In this document: piece by piece, positions 13,803-26,166 of the stretch
Layout: each line of letters starts with the position of its first letter
How positions within the stretch are numbered: position 1 is the first letter of the stretch
Source: Octopus vulgaris
Lineage: Eukaryota
Direction: 5' to 3'
DNA length: 64,000 nucleotides
Assembly: GCA_951406725.2 (NCBI GenBank)
Contig: OX597818.1
Span: forward strand, 76,198,001-76,262,000
The notes under the pieces: model-generated
Told to the model about the DNA's origin: nothing
The model's database searches: none
What the model saw: only the letters and a program-made list of their open reading frames with translations
Program-made: the position numbers and the translations under genes

Positions 13803-13810
<8 letters not shown>
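11850..13810. repeat. 545-bp unit array: ~2.1 units in one orientation, then ~1.5 inverted units, between (TA)n tracts
   Basis: Units start at 11850, 12395 and 12940. Inversion junction at 12992/12993. Copies look identical, and the same 62-aa ORF recurs three times. Confidence 0.95.
13467..13518 (+). ncRNA. Minimal type I hammerhead ribozyme motif (also on the minus strand at 12045-12096 and 12590-12641)
   Basis: UGAG-CUGAAGA-(25 nt)-GAAAC-GUAC-GUU^CUCA. Stem I UGAG/CUCA and palindromic stem III ACGUACGU, as in PLE-associated minimal hammerheads. Confidence 0.8.
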
Positions 13811-13869
<59 letters not shown>

Positions 13870-13873
<4 letters not shown>

Positions 13874-16800
13874 TTAGTATTGGGGATGTTTCATATATGA
13901 GGACGTAGTCCTGAATATATTTGAGTGTTGGCTCCTTCGGGCGCTTGCATAAAATGAGTGTGTCAAGTTGACCCAGTGTACCTCCATGGTGGTCTTTGGC
14001 ATGTTGGTAGAGTATAGAGGACTGTTTTTTGTCGTTATATTGTCTCAAATGTACATTTGGTCTCCCCGCAATGCTTCAAGATGTCTCACCTATGTATATC
14101 ATGTCCTTGTCTTTACAAGCATCCTCTATGCACCTTATGCTGTAGGTTACATTTCTAATTCTACAGATAATGCCCGGGTTAATCTTACATACCATGCAGT
14201 TATCATTGGTGAATGTTGTATTCTCAAAGGGGTACGTCTTACATAGTTGTGATCTGATGGAACTCCCTGGCTTTTCAACGATATTAATGCTGAGTTTGGC
14301 CTCCTTCAGAGTTTTCTTAAATCTTAGGGCTAGTTCTCCATGGGCTGTGGCTTCTATAAACATCATTCCTTGATATTTGTCGGTCTTGTACCACGTGTTA
14401 ACCCTGTTTGCTTTGTCACAACCTCTTTGTATGTTATTCCAGTCTTTACTTCTATATCTGGGGCAGGTACCATTGTTTTCATTACATATAATGGCTTCAT
14501 TACATATAATGCTATCTAACATTTTTCTAGTTACCCTGTATACCCAAATCCTATCTTTCTGATCATATCGTGAGAATTGCAGACGGTGCATGAAGTTCTG
14601 TACATGTTTCTTTGTTTCATAGAATTTGCATAGTGGGGACACGTTGCACATTATCTTAACTAAGTGTGCTATTAATATGTTGATTTTCATGTTGTGTAAC
14701 AAAGCCGAGTTCTTGTGAACAACATATTTAGAAGCTATGGGTTTCATGTAATAGGAGTGGAGGAGTTGCACTCTGTTGTTCACAGTCTCTAAACAAAGTT
14801 CAGTATCATGGGCAGGGAATCTATTGTTAGGGTGCCTAGTGGGGCAACCTATAGCCACCTTGCTACTTTGGTGGGTGGAGTTAACTATGTGCTGGCTGCT
14901 CTCCATTATGCTCCCCTCGGTTTTTACATTACAGTTGCTAGAGTTTGTCCTGATTGGAATATTAATGTCATCTACATACCTACGGTAAAGCAAAACAGTT
15001 GTGGATTTTCCGCTAAGGATTGTTTAAGTTTTCTGTCCCACCAGGTCATGAAGAGGCCGGTCACATCTCCAGCCATACCGATACCAATGACTTCACCTGC
15101 ATCTATAGTTTTTTGTAAAACTTTACTATGTGGTTCTTCAAGGTGCTTCTTATGCTAGCCCCTATTGCATGTGCAATCATTCTTTTCACCCGACTGCTGT
15201 TATCAGGGTCCTGGGTGAGTATAGTCCAGCCACTCCAGCGCTTTGCAGTGCTTTTCTTCAGGGCCGAGGTGATGGTGGGTGATCTTCCTCTCTGTGACCT
15301 GGTGGGGTAGAATCTACTAAGGTCATGGTTGTCTAGATAGTTACAGCCATAGCTTAGTTCCCCCGTGTTGACTTCACGGAACTCTACTTCACTCCCACTG
15401 ATAATCTCAATGCATTTTTCCACAGCAAAATCTGGGTTGTGTGAAATTACAACCATACTACCCATTACACAACATGTGAGGCCGTTGGGGTGGTTGCAAC
15501 TACTGATTCTACCGAGGAGATCCTCCGTGGTCGCACAGATATCTGGGGACATTTCAATGAGTGGTCGTAACACCCGTGAGAGGGAGTGGGATAATCTATA
15601 ATTACTGGAGATATTCGCTTCGCAAACTGGTCGGGTTGGGGGTTCCATAACAGAGTTTACGTAGGGTTTATGGTCTTTACGTAACCTGTATAGCGTAGGA
15701 ACATTGTTGTTGAATGCTTGGAAATTTTGTGTAGTTGCACCATATTCCCGTATATGCATTGAGGAGTTTTTCTACACTTTCATGTTCCTGTGGTGCAACT
15801 TCACTCATGCTACTGATGTTTTGTTGCATGACCTGGGCATAGTTCTGTGGGCTGTCTATTGACAGTCTACCAGACTTGTCCGTAGAGAGGCACACTAATT
15901 CCCTGTTTCTAATTCGTTGTTTCAGCTTTTGTAGGCCTTTGGCAACAGATGAACTGAGTTGATGGGTCTCCCCTTCATTATGTTTCTTAGTGGTTTTGTT
16001 GTACTGGTCTAAGATGTGTCGGAGTCTATTTCTAGCTAAGGAAATATTTACCTCTGTCTCACTGTCAATCTGTGGTGGGATACATACCGTTTTGTTGAAA
16101 GGTAAGTCTGTGGGGGTAGATCCTCCATGTTGTGTGATTAGTTGCTGGGGTTAGAGAAGAGTTATACGGAGTGTAGGCTGCTACTGGTGTTACTATCGTT
16201 GCGGTTGTTGTTATAGTTGCTGGCATTGTTGTTGCTAGTGGTGGTGGTAGTGCTTGTGTTATGTTCATTGTCGTTATTGTAGTTGTGGTTGTTGCTGTTG
16301 GTAGTGGTGTGGACGATGTGGTTGATATTGTTGTCTGTGTGTGGGGTGTTGCGGTTATTATCATTGTTGTTGTTATTATCGTTATTGCTGTTGTTTAGGT
16401 TTCGTATGATTGTGTTGTTGTTATTGTTGTTATAGTTGTTTGAGTAGGGAACGTTGTAGTTATGATTCTTGTTATTATTATTGTCACTATTGTTGTTGTC
16501 ATTTACATTTCTATTGTTATTGTTGTTGTTGCTTTGGTTTCGTATATTTGTGTTGTTGTTGTTGTTGTTGTAATGTCCTAACCTCCATCTTACTTTTAAG
16601 AATGTGTTTTCAATCTCAGATAGACAAGTTTTCTGACCTTTTTGTATGTAGCAAATTTTGGTGGTAACTCTAAAGCATGCATTTCATCCGTATCTAGCTG
16701 TACCGCACCGTAAATTCCAGAGGTGTAATTGTTGTTGTTATTGTTGGTGGTGGTGGTATTGTTTTTCGGTGTCCTGGCGTCGAAGTCCTTTGGTAGTTTA

Positions 16801-17420
16801 CATTCCGACATAACGATCTTGTCAAACTGCTTGGGTTTCTGTGTTGATTCTCACCACACTGAGATCATTGTTGTTGCTCTTTCATCCACTTGAGTTTGTT
16901 GTTAAAGTGTTTGTTACAGGCATGGTTTACTCGGTGGTATTCTTGTTGGATATTTGGTATGAATCTGTCGCTTTTGTGTGATGCAATAGTGTTTTTCAGT
17001 TCATGTGGTTTCTGGTACTGGTTGATTTCTGTGTATATTTCTTTTTGTTTTTTTTTTTGTAACATCGTGTGTTTTAGTTTTCTTGCTTGTTGTTCTGTGA
17101 GTCATAGCCGCTTGACAACTGAATTAATAGGTTTCGTGTATAGCCTGGAGGAGATGCGTCTTGCTAGATTGGCCAAAGCTTATTTTATTTCGTTTTTTTT
17201 TTTATTTGGTCTGCAAGGTTCTTTATGTGAATTCATATGTTGAAGCATATTTTATTGTGTCTGGAGAAAGTTATTCTCTTTTATTGCCTTATTAAACGCA
17301 CTCACCAGTTCGATTTCCACCCATTTACTTGCTTATTTTTTCTAAAATTTTCGTTGCGTCTTGCAACCTTTTCCGTTATCAGAGCTGCGTTCATTTTGTT
17401 TGTGCGCATGTGTGTGCGTG
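13870..17420 (-). mobile_element. Degenerate Penelope-like element (RT + GIY-YIG)
   Basis: Motifs PTLYRLRKDHK, PPTRPVC, RYVDDI, HSYYMKP and CMVC...CRIRNVTYSIRC...YIGETS. Many stops and frameshifts, and a Thr-rich linker at 16065-16364. Confidence 0.85.
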
Positions 17421-17684
17421 AATGTACATGTGTATACACATATGTATGTATATGTGCATGTATGTATGTATGCATGTTTGTGTGTATGCATGTATGTGTA
17501 TGCCTATATATATGTATGCATGTGTGTACGTTTGTACACGGGAGTACATCCTCATAAATGAAACATCCCCATTACTAAATAGGAAATATACGTAGAAGGT
17601 AGTCATGCTCCAATACTCACAGTTTATATATACACAGGTAGAGTTGATAGTAATCTGTTATGTAGACGTATATATATGTGTGTG

Positions 17685-17731
<47 letters not shown>

Positions 17732-17804
17732 ATGCCTATATATATATATTTCATTTATATTATATATATGTGTGTGTGTATATATGTATGTGTGTTTGTT
17801 TGTA

Positions 17805-17991
17805 TGTGTAGGCAAATGGATATGTAAGTAAATAGATAAACAAATAGATAGGTACATAGGTAATACAGACAAACAAGCACACACACATACATACATATAT
17901 ACATACATGCATACATACGTACGTACATGCATACATACATACATACATACATACATACATACATACATACATACATACATACATACATACA

Positions 17992-18022
<31 letters not shown>

Positions 18023-18232
18023 GTGTATACACATTCACATTGGCGTACACACATGCGTACAAACAAACAAACAAACAAAAAGAACGCAGCTCTGATAACG
18101 GACAGAGTCAATAACTATTGAAAAGGTTGAAAAATGCAACAAAAATTTTAGAAAAAATAATTGGGTGGAAATCGAACCGGTGAGTGTGTTACATAATAAG
18201 GCACTAAAAGAGAATGATTCTCCCCAAACATT
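17805..18232 (+). mobile_element. Inverted copy of the PLE 5' module
   Basis: Reverse complement of ~11290-11715 and 17260-17420. Confidence 0.6.
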
Positions 18233-18357
18233 ATGTATATATATAAATACTAACTTTATACATCTATATGAGTAGACATTCATGCAAATACATACATACA
18301 TATGCACAAAAAATATACACATGCATTTTATTGTACATAACTAAACCAATTATAGAA

Positions 18358-18407
<50 letters not shown>

Positions 18408-18419
18408 GTATGTATGTAT

Positions 18420-19189
18420 AGTATAAACTGAGTTAGTGGTTATAATAACCGACTAAGGGATAAAATATCCGTATATACTATCGGTATACGCTACCAGTCT
18501 TATCGCCGGGCGTTGGTGTGCAAGTACACTATGCACATAGAGTGCAGGTAAGAACAGGATAAACAAGAGTTTATCAGGAAACAAATATAAATAATCAGAA
18601 AATGGAGAAAACCTCAGATTAACAAACACATCGACTAGACCACATTTATAGATTAGTTTTTAATACAAAGCATGACATAACAGATCGGTGACGTAACAAG
18701 TAACAAAACTTACGGCCGTTTCTGCATCAATTGCCAAACGCTGTCTATAAATAATTGCGAAAATAAAATTCTTCATCTTCATAGGACATTCGAATTAAGG
18801 CACGGAGTTTCATCAGAGTAAAAAACAAGGGCATCCTATATAATCAAAGGGAAGAAGGATTAGGAAAGAAATATGGTCTAGAAAAGAAGTCTAAACTGGG
18901 CTTCTAGACTTCTTTTCTAGGCCATGTTTTCTTTCCTTTTTCTTTTTCCTATTATTTATATTCGATGCTCTGTTGAAGCTCCGTGCCTTAATTTGAATGT
19001 CCTATGAAGATGAAGAATTTTATTTTTGCAGTTATTTATAGACAGTGTTTGACAATGGATGCAGAAATGGCCGTAAGATTTGTTACTTGTTATGTCACCT
19101 ATTTGTTATGTCATGCTTTGTACTAAAAAATAGGCTATAAATGTGGTCCAGTCGATGTGTTTGTTAATCTGAGGATTTCTCCATTTTCT

Positions 19190-19192
<3 letters not shown>
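18420..19192. mobile_element. Fold-back element with ~290-bp diverged arms, between (TA)n tracts
   Basis: 18595-18895 is the inverse of 18906-19192. Centre CTAGAAAAGAAGTCTA...TAGACTTCTTTTCTAG. Confidence 0.85.
18708..18819 (-). ncRNA. Type I hammerhead motif with ~87-nt stem II insert
   Basis: ACU-CUGAUGA-...-GAAAC-GGCC-GUA^AGU with palindromic stem III. The right-arm copy has decayed (CUGUUGA, GAAAU). Confidence 0.7.
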
Positions 19193-19259
<67 letters not shown>

Positions 19260-19261
<2 letters not shown>

Positions 19262-20560
19262 GGTAGCCATGATAAAACTCCGAGTTTCGGATGCCGAGGT
19301 GGACAACCACGCCGCCATCCCCCTATAGTATTTAAAAATTTAGTTAAAAACATTACCAAGAGAATTTCTAGCCTCTCCTCCGATAAGGACATTTTTAATA
19401 GCGTTGCCCCAGTATATAATAAGGCCCTAAAAGATAGTGGTTTTAGCGAGGAAATAACCCATACACTTGCCACCAGCTCAACAATAAAGAAGAGGAAACG
19501 TAGGATTAGAAAAACCATCTGGTTCACACTCCCCTACTCACCGAGGTGACCTTCAATATAGGCAAGTATTTCTTAGCACTGATAGATAGACATTTTCCAG
19601 GCAACCATACTTACAGGAAGCTCTTCAATAGACACAACTTAAAAATCAGTTTCAGCTCAACTACCAATTTTAAAAATATAATCGCATACAACACACAAAA
19701 ACCACAATACGAAACCAGCTGTTCATGCAGGGATAAAAATTTGTGCCCGCTAAATGGAGCTTGCATGTCCGAGACCATCATACCCACTAAAGAGACTCTA
19801 TACCCACTAAAGACACGGTTTCGACGAAGAAGTACGTGGGCCTTACAGAGGGTAATTTCAAGGCCAGGTTCAATAGTCCCACCTTGAGCTTTAGGCACTG
19901 AGATAAAAGGAAAACGACCAAATTATCCAGTCATATATGGTGATTAAAAGATAAAGGTGTCAGTTACAACATCCATTGGAAGATCTTAGCCAAGTGTAAG
20001 CCTTACACCAACGGCAGTGGAAGTGTGATATGGAAAGATGGCTCATTTGGAAAAGCAGCTTAGACCCCGCTACATGTCCGAATTCAAGAACTGAACTTTT
20101 CGGATCATGCCCATATGTGGCCAAATATTTGTTACGTTTTTGGTCCCCCCGAGACTACCGATAGAACTTGCTTTCTATAGTGTGTCCACGCACAAGCATT
20201 TTATCTCTTTATACCTTTTATTTATATTTCTTATATATTTTTTATACATATATTTCTTACATAATTATAGAGATATTGGTTTATAGGTTTATTGCTTATA
20301 TATTTTTTACACATAATTTTTCTGTATTCTACCTTCCACCCTGCATTTTTTCCCTGTGCGTATATAGACGTGTATATGGAATCTTTTGTGCACGCGTGTG
20401 GATGTGTGCGTGTGTGCGGGTATGTGCGTATATAGATGTGTGCGTATGTGCGTGCATGCGAATACGTGCGTATATAGATGTATTTTATTCAGTATTTTTA
20501 CACATTTTCCTGTATTTTTGCCTTTAGCCCTGTTTTTTCTTGTGTATGTGCGTACATAGA
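19260..20560 (+). mobile_element. 5'-truncated Naiad-like PLE fragment (thumb + GIY-YIG + 3' UTR) in (TA)n
   Basis: HPP...RISSLSS...IWFTLPYS, FNIGKYFLALIDRHFP...LFNRHNLKISFS, CSCRDKNLCPLNGAC, YVGLTEGNFKARF...LSSHIW. Confidence 0.8.
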
Positions 20561-20574
20561 CGTGTACGGGTATG

Positions 20575-20619
<45 letters not shown>

Positions 20620-20640
20620 GTATATGTATATATATGTGTA

Positions 20641-20721
<81 letters not shown>

Positions 20722-20769
20722 GTATATAGGGCTTTGTTGATGGTCATGACAAAGCTTAGACGTACGGAG

Positions 20770-21470
20770 AACTGTACTCTTTTCATTGGGAATACACAGT
20801 CAGTTGGAATTAGTGGTATTCGGAAAATGAAAACAGTGTCACCACCCCTTGACCCGTTATGATTTTAGTCAAGATACCGTCATCCAACAATTGGGTTACA
20901 ACCAACCGGGTGCCGTTGCAAAGCCGAGGAGGTTCCAAGTTTCTCAGAATAATTGAGCATCCAAGTCTGAGGCAGAGTTTGTGAGGTGGCATTTCCGACC
21001 GTTCTGTTCGGTAAACCATTACTTCCGTTGGATCCATTATTGAATCGTTGGACGCATAGATCCGCTCCTGGGTTGGAAGTTGACGAAGGAGGCACATGTT
21101 AAGAGCTTGGACGGTGGCTTTTGTTGGAGCTAAAATGGCTCTTTCACACATCCATTGGTGACTAGCGTAGTTTGTTGAATGGTCGGGGTAAACTGTTCTG
21201 CAAAGATCCTCACGGCTGGAGGCGTAGTTACCAACGGTACTTATGTCAACCAAACCACTTGTGTCCATCGGTTCCCATTACCAACATCCAATAACTTTGT
21301 AGCAAAGTCGTCATCACCCTCTTGTTGTTGAAGAATCGAGCGCATGTTAATAGTTAACTTTCTCGACTGGACGAAACGCCAAAGATGAGTATGTTTGATG
21401 CAAACTTCTATTTCCTCACATGGGTAGCCTTTTGGGACAATGTGAAGAGTTTGACGAAAGTCCCCAGCAA
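20770..21470 (-). mobile_element. Helitron Pif1-helicase fragment
   Basis: [61 protein letters not shown]. Confidence 0.85.
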
Positions 21471-23150
21471 TACCAAATAGGTTTTTACACTTCATAATCC
21501 AAGAATGTGGGATCATATCGTACACCTTACGATAGTCGATCCATGACATGGCTAAGTTACTTTTCCTCCTCTTGCAGTCTCTAAGTACAGTTTTGTCTAT
21601 CAGGAGTTGATCCTTGATGCCTCTGCACTTACGCTTGCAACCCTTCTGCTCATGTGGCAGGACTCCATTTTTTCTAGATGTTCGTACATTGACTCTGCAA
21701 ACAGGATATCAGCCTGTAATTGTCTACCGTATTGCATTTTTCAATGTTTTTCAAGCACAGCACTGTCCTACCCATTATCAACCACCCTGGTGTTGCTTGG
21801 TCGGCATTTAACAAGGTGTTGAGTTGCGCAGCTATTCGTCCATGACATTCACTAAATCTTTTGATCCAGTAGCCTTGAACTCCATCTGGTCTCGGGGCCC
21901 TCCAGTAACTCATTTTTTGCTGATTTCATTCACTTCCCAAATTGAAATGACTTGTTCTGTCTGTTTCTTGTGCATCTTTCTTGTGCTCCTTGTCTTTGCT
22001 CCAGATGTTACTGCAAAACCTTTGACTTTCATTGTTATCTGGTATCAACTTTTCATCTGTACACTCTTAATTTATTTCTTTATAGAATCTCTTCTGATCT
22101 ACTCTGAATAACCTATTCTGGTGATAACTCTTCATTCTTTGATCGTATCTTACCATTTTTACTTTCTTTGCAACGAGGCGCTGTTTCAGTTCCTCCATTA
22201 CTACTTTCAGGCCCTTTCTTTCACTATTATACTTCCTTTTCAGCGCCCTGTATTTTTGTTCGCTTTTAAGCTCCGTTTTCTCTTTTCGGTCTAACACAGA
22301 GATTTCCTTCGAGAGCATTGCTAACCCTACCTGTATTCTTCTTTTCCATCATGGATCTTTCCTTTTGTCACTCCCATTATGTTTCTTTTTCTTGACATCA
22401 ACCCCCACGTTTTCTGCTATAACAATACTTGCTGCCTTGATCAAATTATTTGTTTCTGTAATGTTTGTTCTGATGTATTTCAGAATTTCATTGACATTGT
22501 TCGTTTCTTGGTTCAATTTCCATCGATCAACCATTTTAAGGTTGCAAATAATGTCGCTATCGTTCTCCTGTAGTCTTGCCTCTATTCTGTCGTAGATTGC
22601 CTTTTGTTTATCTATCATATCGCTATTAGTTTTATTGTCCTCTTTTATTGTCTCTTTTATTGTCTCTTATCAAGTAAACTACCACTGCTCCTTTCCTGTG
22701 CTATGAGATTACACTTATTAGTAAGAACTGTATTTTCATTGTTATCTATGCTGCTATTGTCGATGACCCGTCTTTTGATAGCTTCGAGCTCTACTTCTGT
22801 GAACCAATAATTTTTCTTATTGCTCTAGCTTGATCTCATAATCTCTGTTCCGTGAGTTGAAATAATCCTTTTTCTCTCCAATGTTCATACATAAGTTGTC
22901 GGTAACCCCTAATTTGACCACCATTTTTATCTACCGGGCTGCTCAGGTAGTAACACTCCATGACCACAGTATTAATTTTTTTGCTCCATCTACGCCGTGT
23001 GTGGTGGTCCCTTTCTGGATATCGACAGGCTGGAGCCGGACCAGAATCTCTGAGCCTGCCGGGTGAAACACTGTCACCATCATTGGCTTCAGTTTCATTA
23101 CCACCGTTATTCGCAATATTTTTTTTTCATTGTCACTCATATGAAGTAGC
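21471..23150 (-). mobile_element. R4/Dong-like (RLE-type) non-LTR retrotransposon fragment
   Basis: EELKQRLVAK..RY.QR...[60 protein letters not shown]. Confidence 0.8.
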
Positions 23151-23650
23151 GATTATCAGGTTGCGTAATTTCCAGCGCTTTTATTGTGACACCATCACTA
23201 GATGTGTCATTAATCAGCCCATGAGGAGGCTCCACCCGTTTCCTTTCATTATTATTGTTATCATCACTGATATCACTGATATTGTTTTTATGTGTAGTAG
23301 CAGCAGTAGTTGCAGCAACAGCAAGAGTATCAGGGGTGGCGGTAGTGGTAAGGGTGGTAGTTGGGCTTCAGATTCCTGTGCTATCATAAAAGTAGTAGTT
23401 GTAGTATTATTGTAGTATTAGTAGTATTTAGTATTAGCAGCTGCAGCACATTATTATTATTTTTATTTCTATCATTAGCACTATCACCACCACTACCATT
23501 GTTGGAGGGAATAGTTGGATAGCAGTTTGGTGAATAGATCATATTCTACAGGTCTATAAGTAGATTCGGCAGATGGCCACTGAGAGCGATGCCTTGAAAA
23601 AAAGCAATTCAACCTGTTCTATTTGCAATTACTGGTAGAAAAACAATAAC

Positions 23651-23705
<55 letters not shown>

Positions 23706-23874
23706 TATATATATATATATACACACACATACACATACACACACATACACACACACATACACACACACACACACACTCACACACACATATACTGATATGC
23801 ACGTCGTTGAATTTTTGAATTTCTGAATTCAATTGTGTGGTAATAAAAGGTGTATTTGCGTATTTGGGTAATAC

Positions 23875-24274
23875 TCTTTACTCTCTTTTACTCTTTTACT
23901 TGTTTCAGTCATTTGACTGCGGCCATGCTGGACCACCGCCTTTAGTCGATCAAATCGACCCCGGGACTTATTCTTTGTAAGCCCAGTACTTATTCTATCG
24001 GTCTCTTTTGCCGAACCGCTAAGTGACGGGGACGTAAACACACCAGCATCGGTTGTCAAGGAATGCTAGGGGGACAAACACAGACACACACACATATATA
24101 TACATATATACGACAGGCTTCTTTCAGTTTCCGTCAACCAAATCCACTCACAAGGCATTGGTCGGCCCGGTGCTATAGCAGAAGACACTTGCCCAAGATG
24201 CCACGCAGTGGGACTGAACCCGCAACCATGTGGTTGGTTAGCAAGCTACTTACCACACAGCCACTCCTGCGCCT
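23875..24274 (-). mobile_element. Near full-length tRNA-derived SINE family B
   Basis: Minus strand GGCGCAGGAGTGGCTGTGTGGTAAG...GGTTCAGTCCCACTGCG, with an internal (TG)/(TA) tract and a TAAAAGAG-type tail. Confidence 0.85.
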
Positions 24275-24284
24275 AATATATTAA

Positions 24285-25360
24285 AGTTTTAAACTTTTCT
24301 TGAGATGTTCGTTTGTCTGTCCAGTTGAAGAATACAGTAGGACCATTGCAATGAAAAGGATGTTTACATATTCCCATACTCAGGGAGAGTGAAATAGAAA
24401 AGAAAGCAAGTTTTAGATAGTAAAGTTTTAAGATTTACTAAATATGGTCTTTTGTATGACCGCACAGAGAGAAATGGTAGTGTTCTTAGAATAAAAAGGA
24501 GGATGATGTTTACATTTTCGAATACTCAGTGAGAGAGGAAAGGATAAGTATTCATACAGTAGTTGTAGATATTAAATTTTTTTAAGCTGATCGTTTGTGT
24601 GTTCGAAAGCTGTAGGTATGTAAGTTTCCTAACTTATTTTATTTTGAGAGAGATTCAAAATATTCACAGGAAATTGTAGATATTCCAATCTTTGGGAATA
24701 GTAGGAGGAAGAGATGTTCACCTTGTTGGATGTTTGAGTTTCTGAATTTCTTCTTTTCCTTTTGAAATTTTTCGTTTTAAAAGTTTTGCTGTAGTTTACA
24801 GTTTTTGTAGTTGTGTAGTTTGTATGTATTGGCAGCTGCTTACTTCCTTAATTTTTTTATTGTTCATTTAATTGTGTTGTTACAATAAAAGGGGTGTTTA
24901 CATATTCTGTTAGTCAGGGAAGGGAAGACAAAATGTTTACACAAAATTGGCGATATTAAAGTTTCTAAATTGTTTGAGGTGTTCGTTTGTATGTCCGTTC
25001 AGAGAAAACTGTGGTGTTTTTTTTTACAATAAAAAGGATGTTTACATTTTCGAATATTCAGAGAAAAGGGAACGGAAAGGAAAGGAAGTTAAAATTTTTT
25101 CACAGAAAATTGAGAATACGAAGTTTTTAAAATTTACTAGAGATGATCTTTTGTCTGTCCGAACAGAAAACTGTAGTGTTCTTGGAATAAAGAGGATGTT
25201 TACATTTTCGAATACCCAGGAGAGAAGTTGTAGATATTAAAGGTTTTAAAGCTAATTGTTTATGTGTTCGGAAGCTGTAGATATGTAAGTTATTTAACTT
25301 ATTTTGAGGGAAATTCAAAATACTCACTGGAAACAGGAGATATTCCAGTCTTTTAGAGTT
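24285..25360. repeat. Degenerate tandem repeat array
   Basis: Recurrent GGATGTTTACATTTTCGAATACTCAG...GTTGTAGATATTAAA blocks near 24358, 24505, 24893, 25036 and 25193. Confidence 0.65.
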
Positions 25361-25450
25361 ATGTTTTTCAGTTGTCCTGCTGGGTTGTATTAGTGTTTCT
25401 GTGTCTTCAGCTGCTGACGTGTCGGAGCAGCGAAGAACACGTCCAGCCGC

Positions 25451-25553
<103 letters not shown>

Positions 25554-26166
25554 ATCATCCTCATCCTCATCCTCATCCTCCTCCTCATCATCATAAGCTG
25601 GCAGAATCGTTAGCACACCGGGTAAAATGCTAAGCGGCTTTTTGTCCGTCTTTACGTTCTGAGTTCAAATTCCATTCATTAGTTTTTATTTTTTGCCTAT
25701 AGTTTTATAGATTCTCAGCCTAAAATATTACAGCTATAAAGTATAACTTGGACAGAGTTGTTGATGTTTACTACCTTATAAATGCTTTTCTAAATTTTTC
25801 TTTTGATTGTATTTTGCACATAATTTGGTTCGTTGAATCCTCAGTTTTTGCAAAATCTGTGCTTGGCGTCTTTATTTTTCATATACCTTTGTCATATATG
25901 GCATATGAGATCCTAATTTTCACCCCTTCAATTCATTTAATAAATTCACGTAGTATCTGTAGTAGTGTCTGTAGTTTGGGGTGCTCATGTACAAATGTCA
26001 TACCATAACATTTATATTCACATCCATCCGGTTAAACACGGTGGTTAAAGTCTTAATTCCAAGCAGAGGAGGGAAAGAGAGAGAGTTCAGTTGGAAAATT
26101 CTTCTAATTGAGATAGGTTTTGTTTTACAATTCCTTCTTTTGTCTGTACCTGCAGTATCGTTTAAC

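Noticed and set aside
18085-18130. CTGATAA-CGGACAGAGTC...GAAAAGGTT as a hammerhead
   Set aside because: The core deviates in all copies and no stem I or III can be drawn.
19899-19943. Two in-frame TGA codons in the Naiad-like fragment as selenocysteine
   Set aside because: Some Naiads encode Sec, but these TGAs are not at Cys positions (FRH*DK, IW*LK). They fit CGA-to-TGA decay in an already frameshifted copy.
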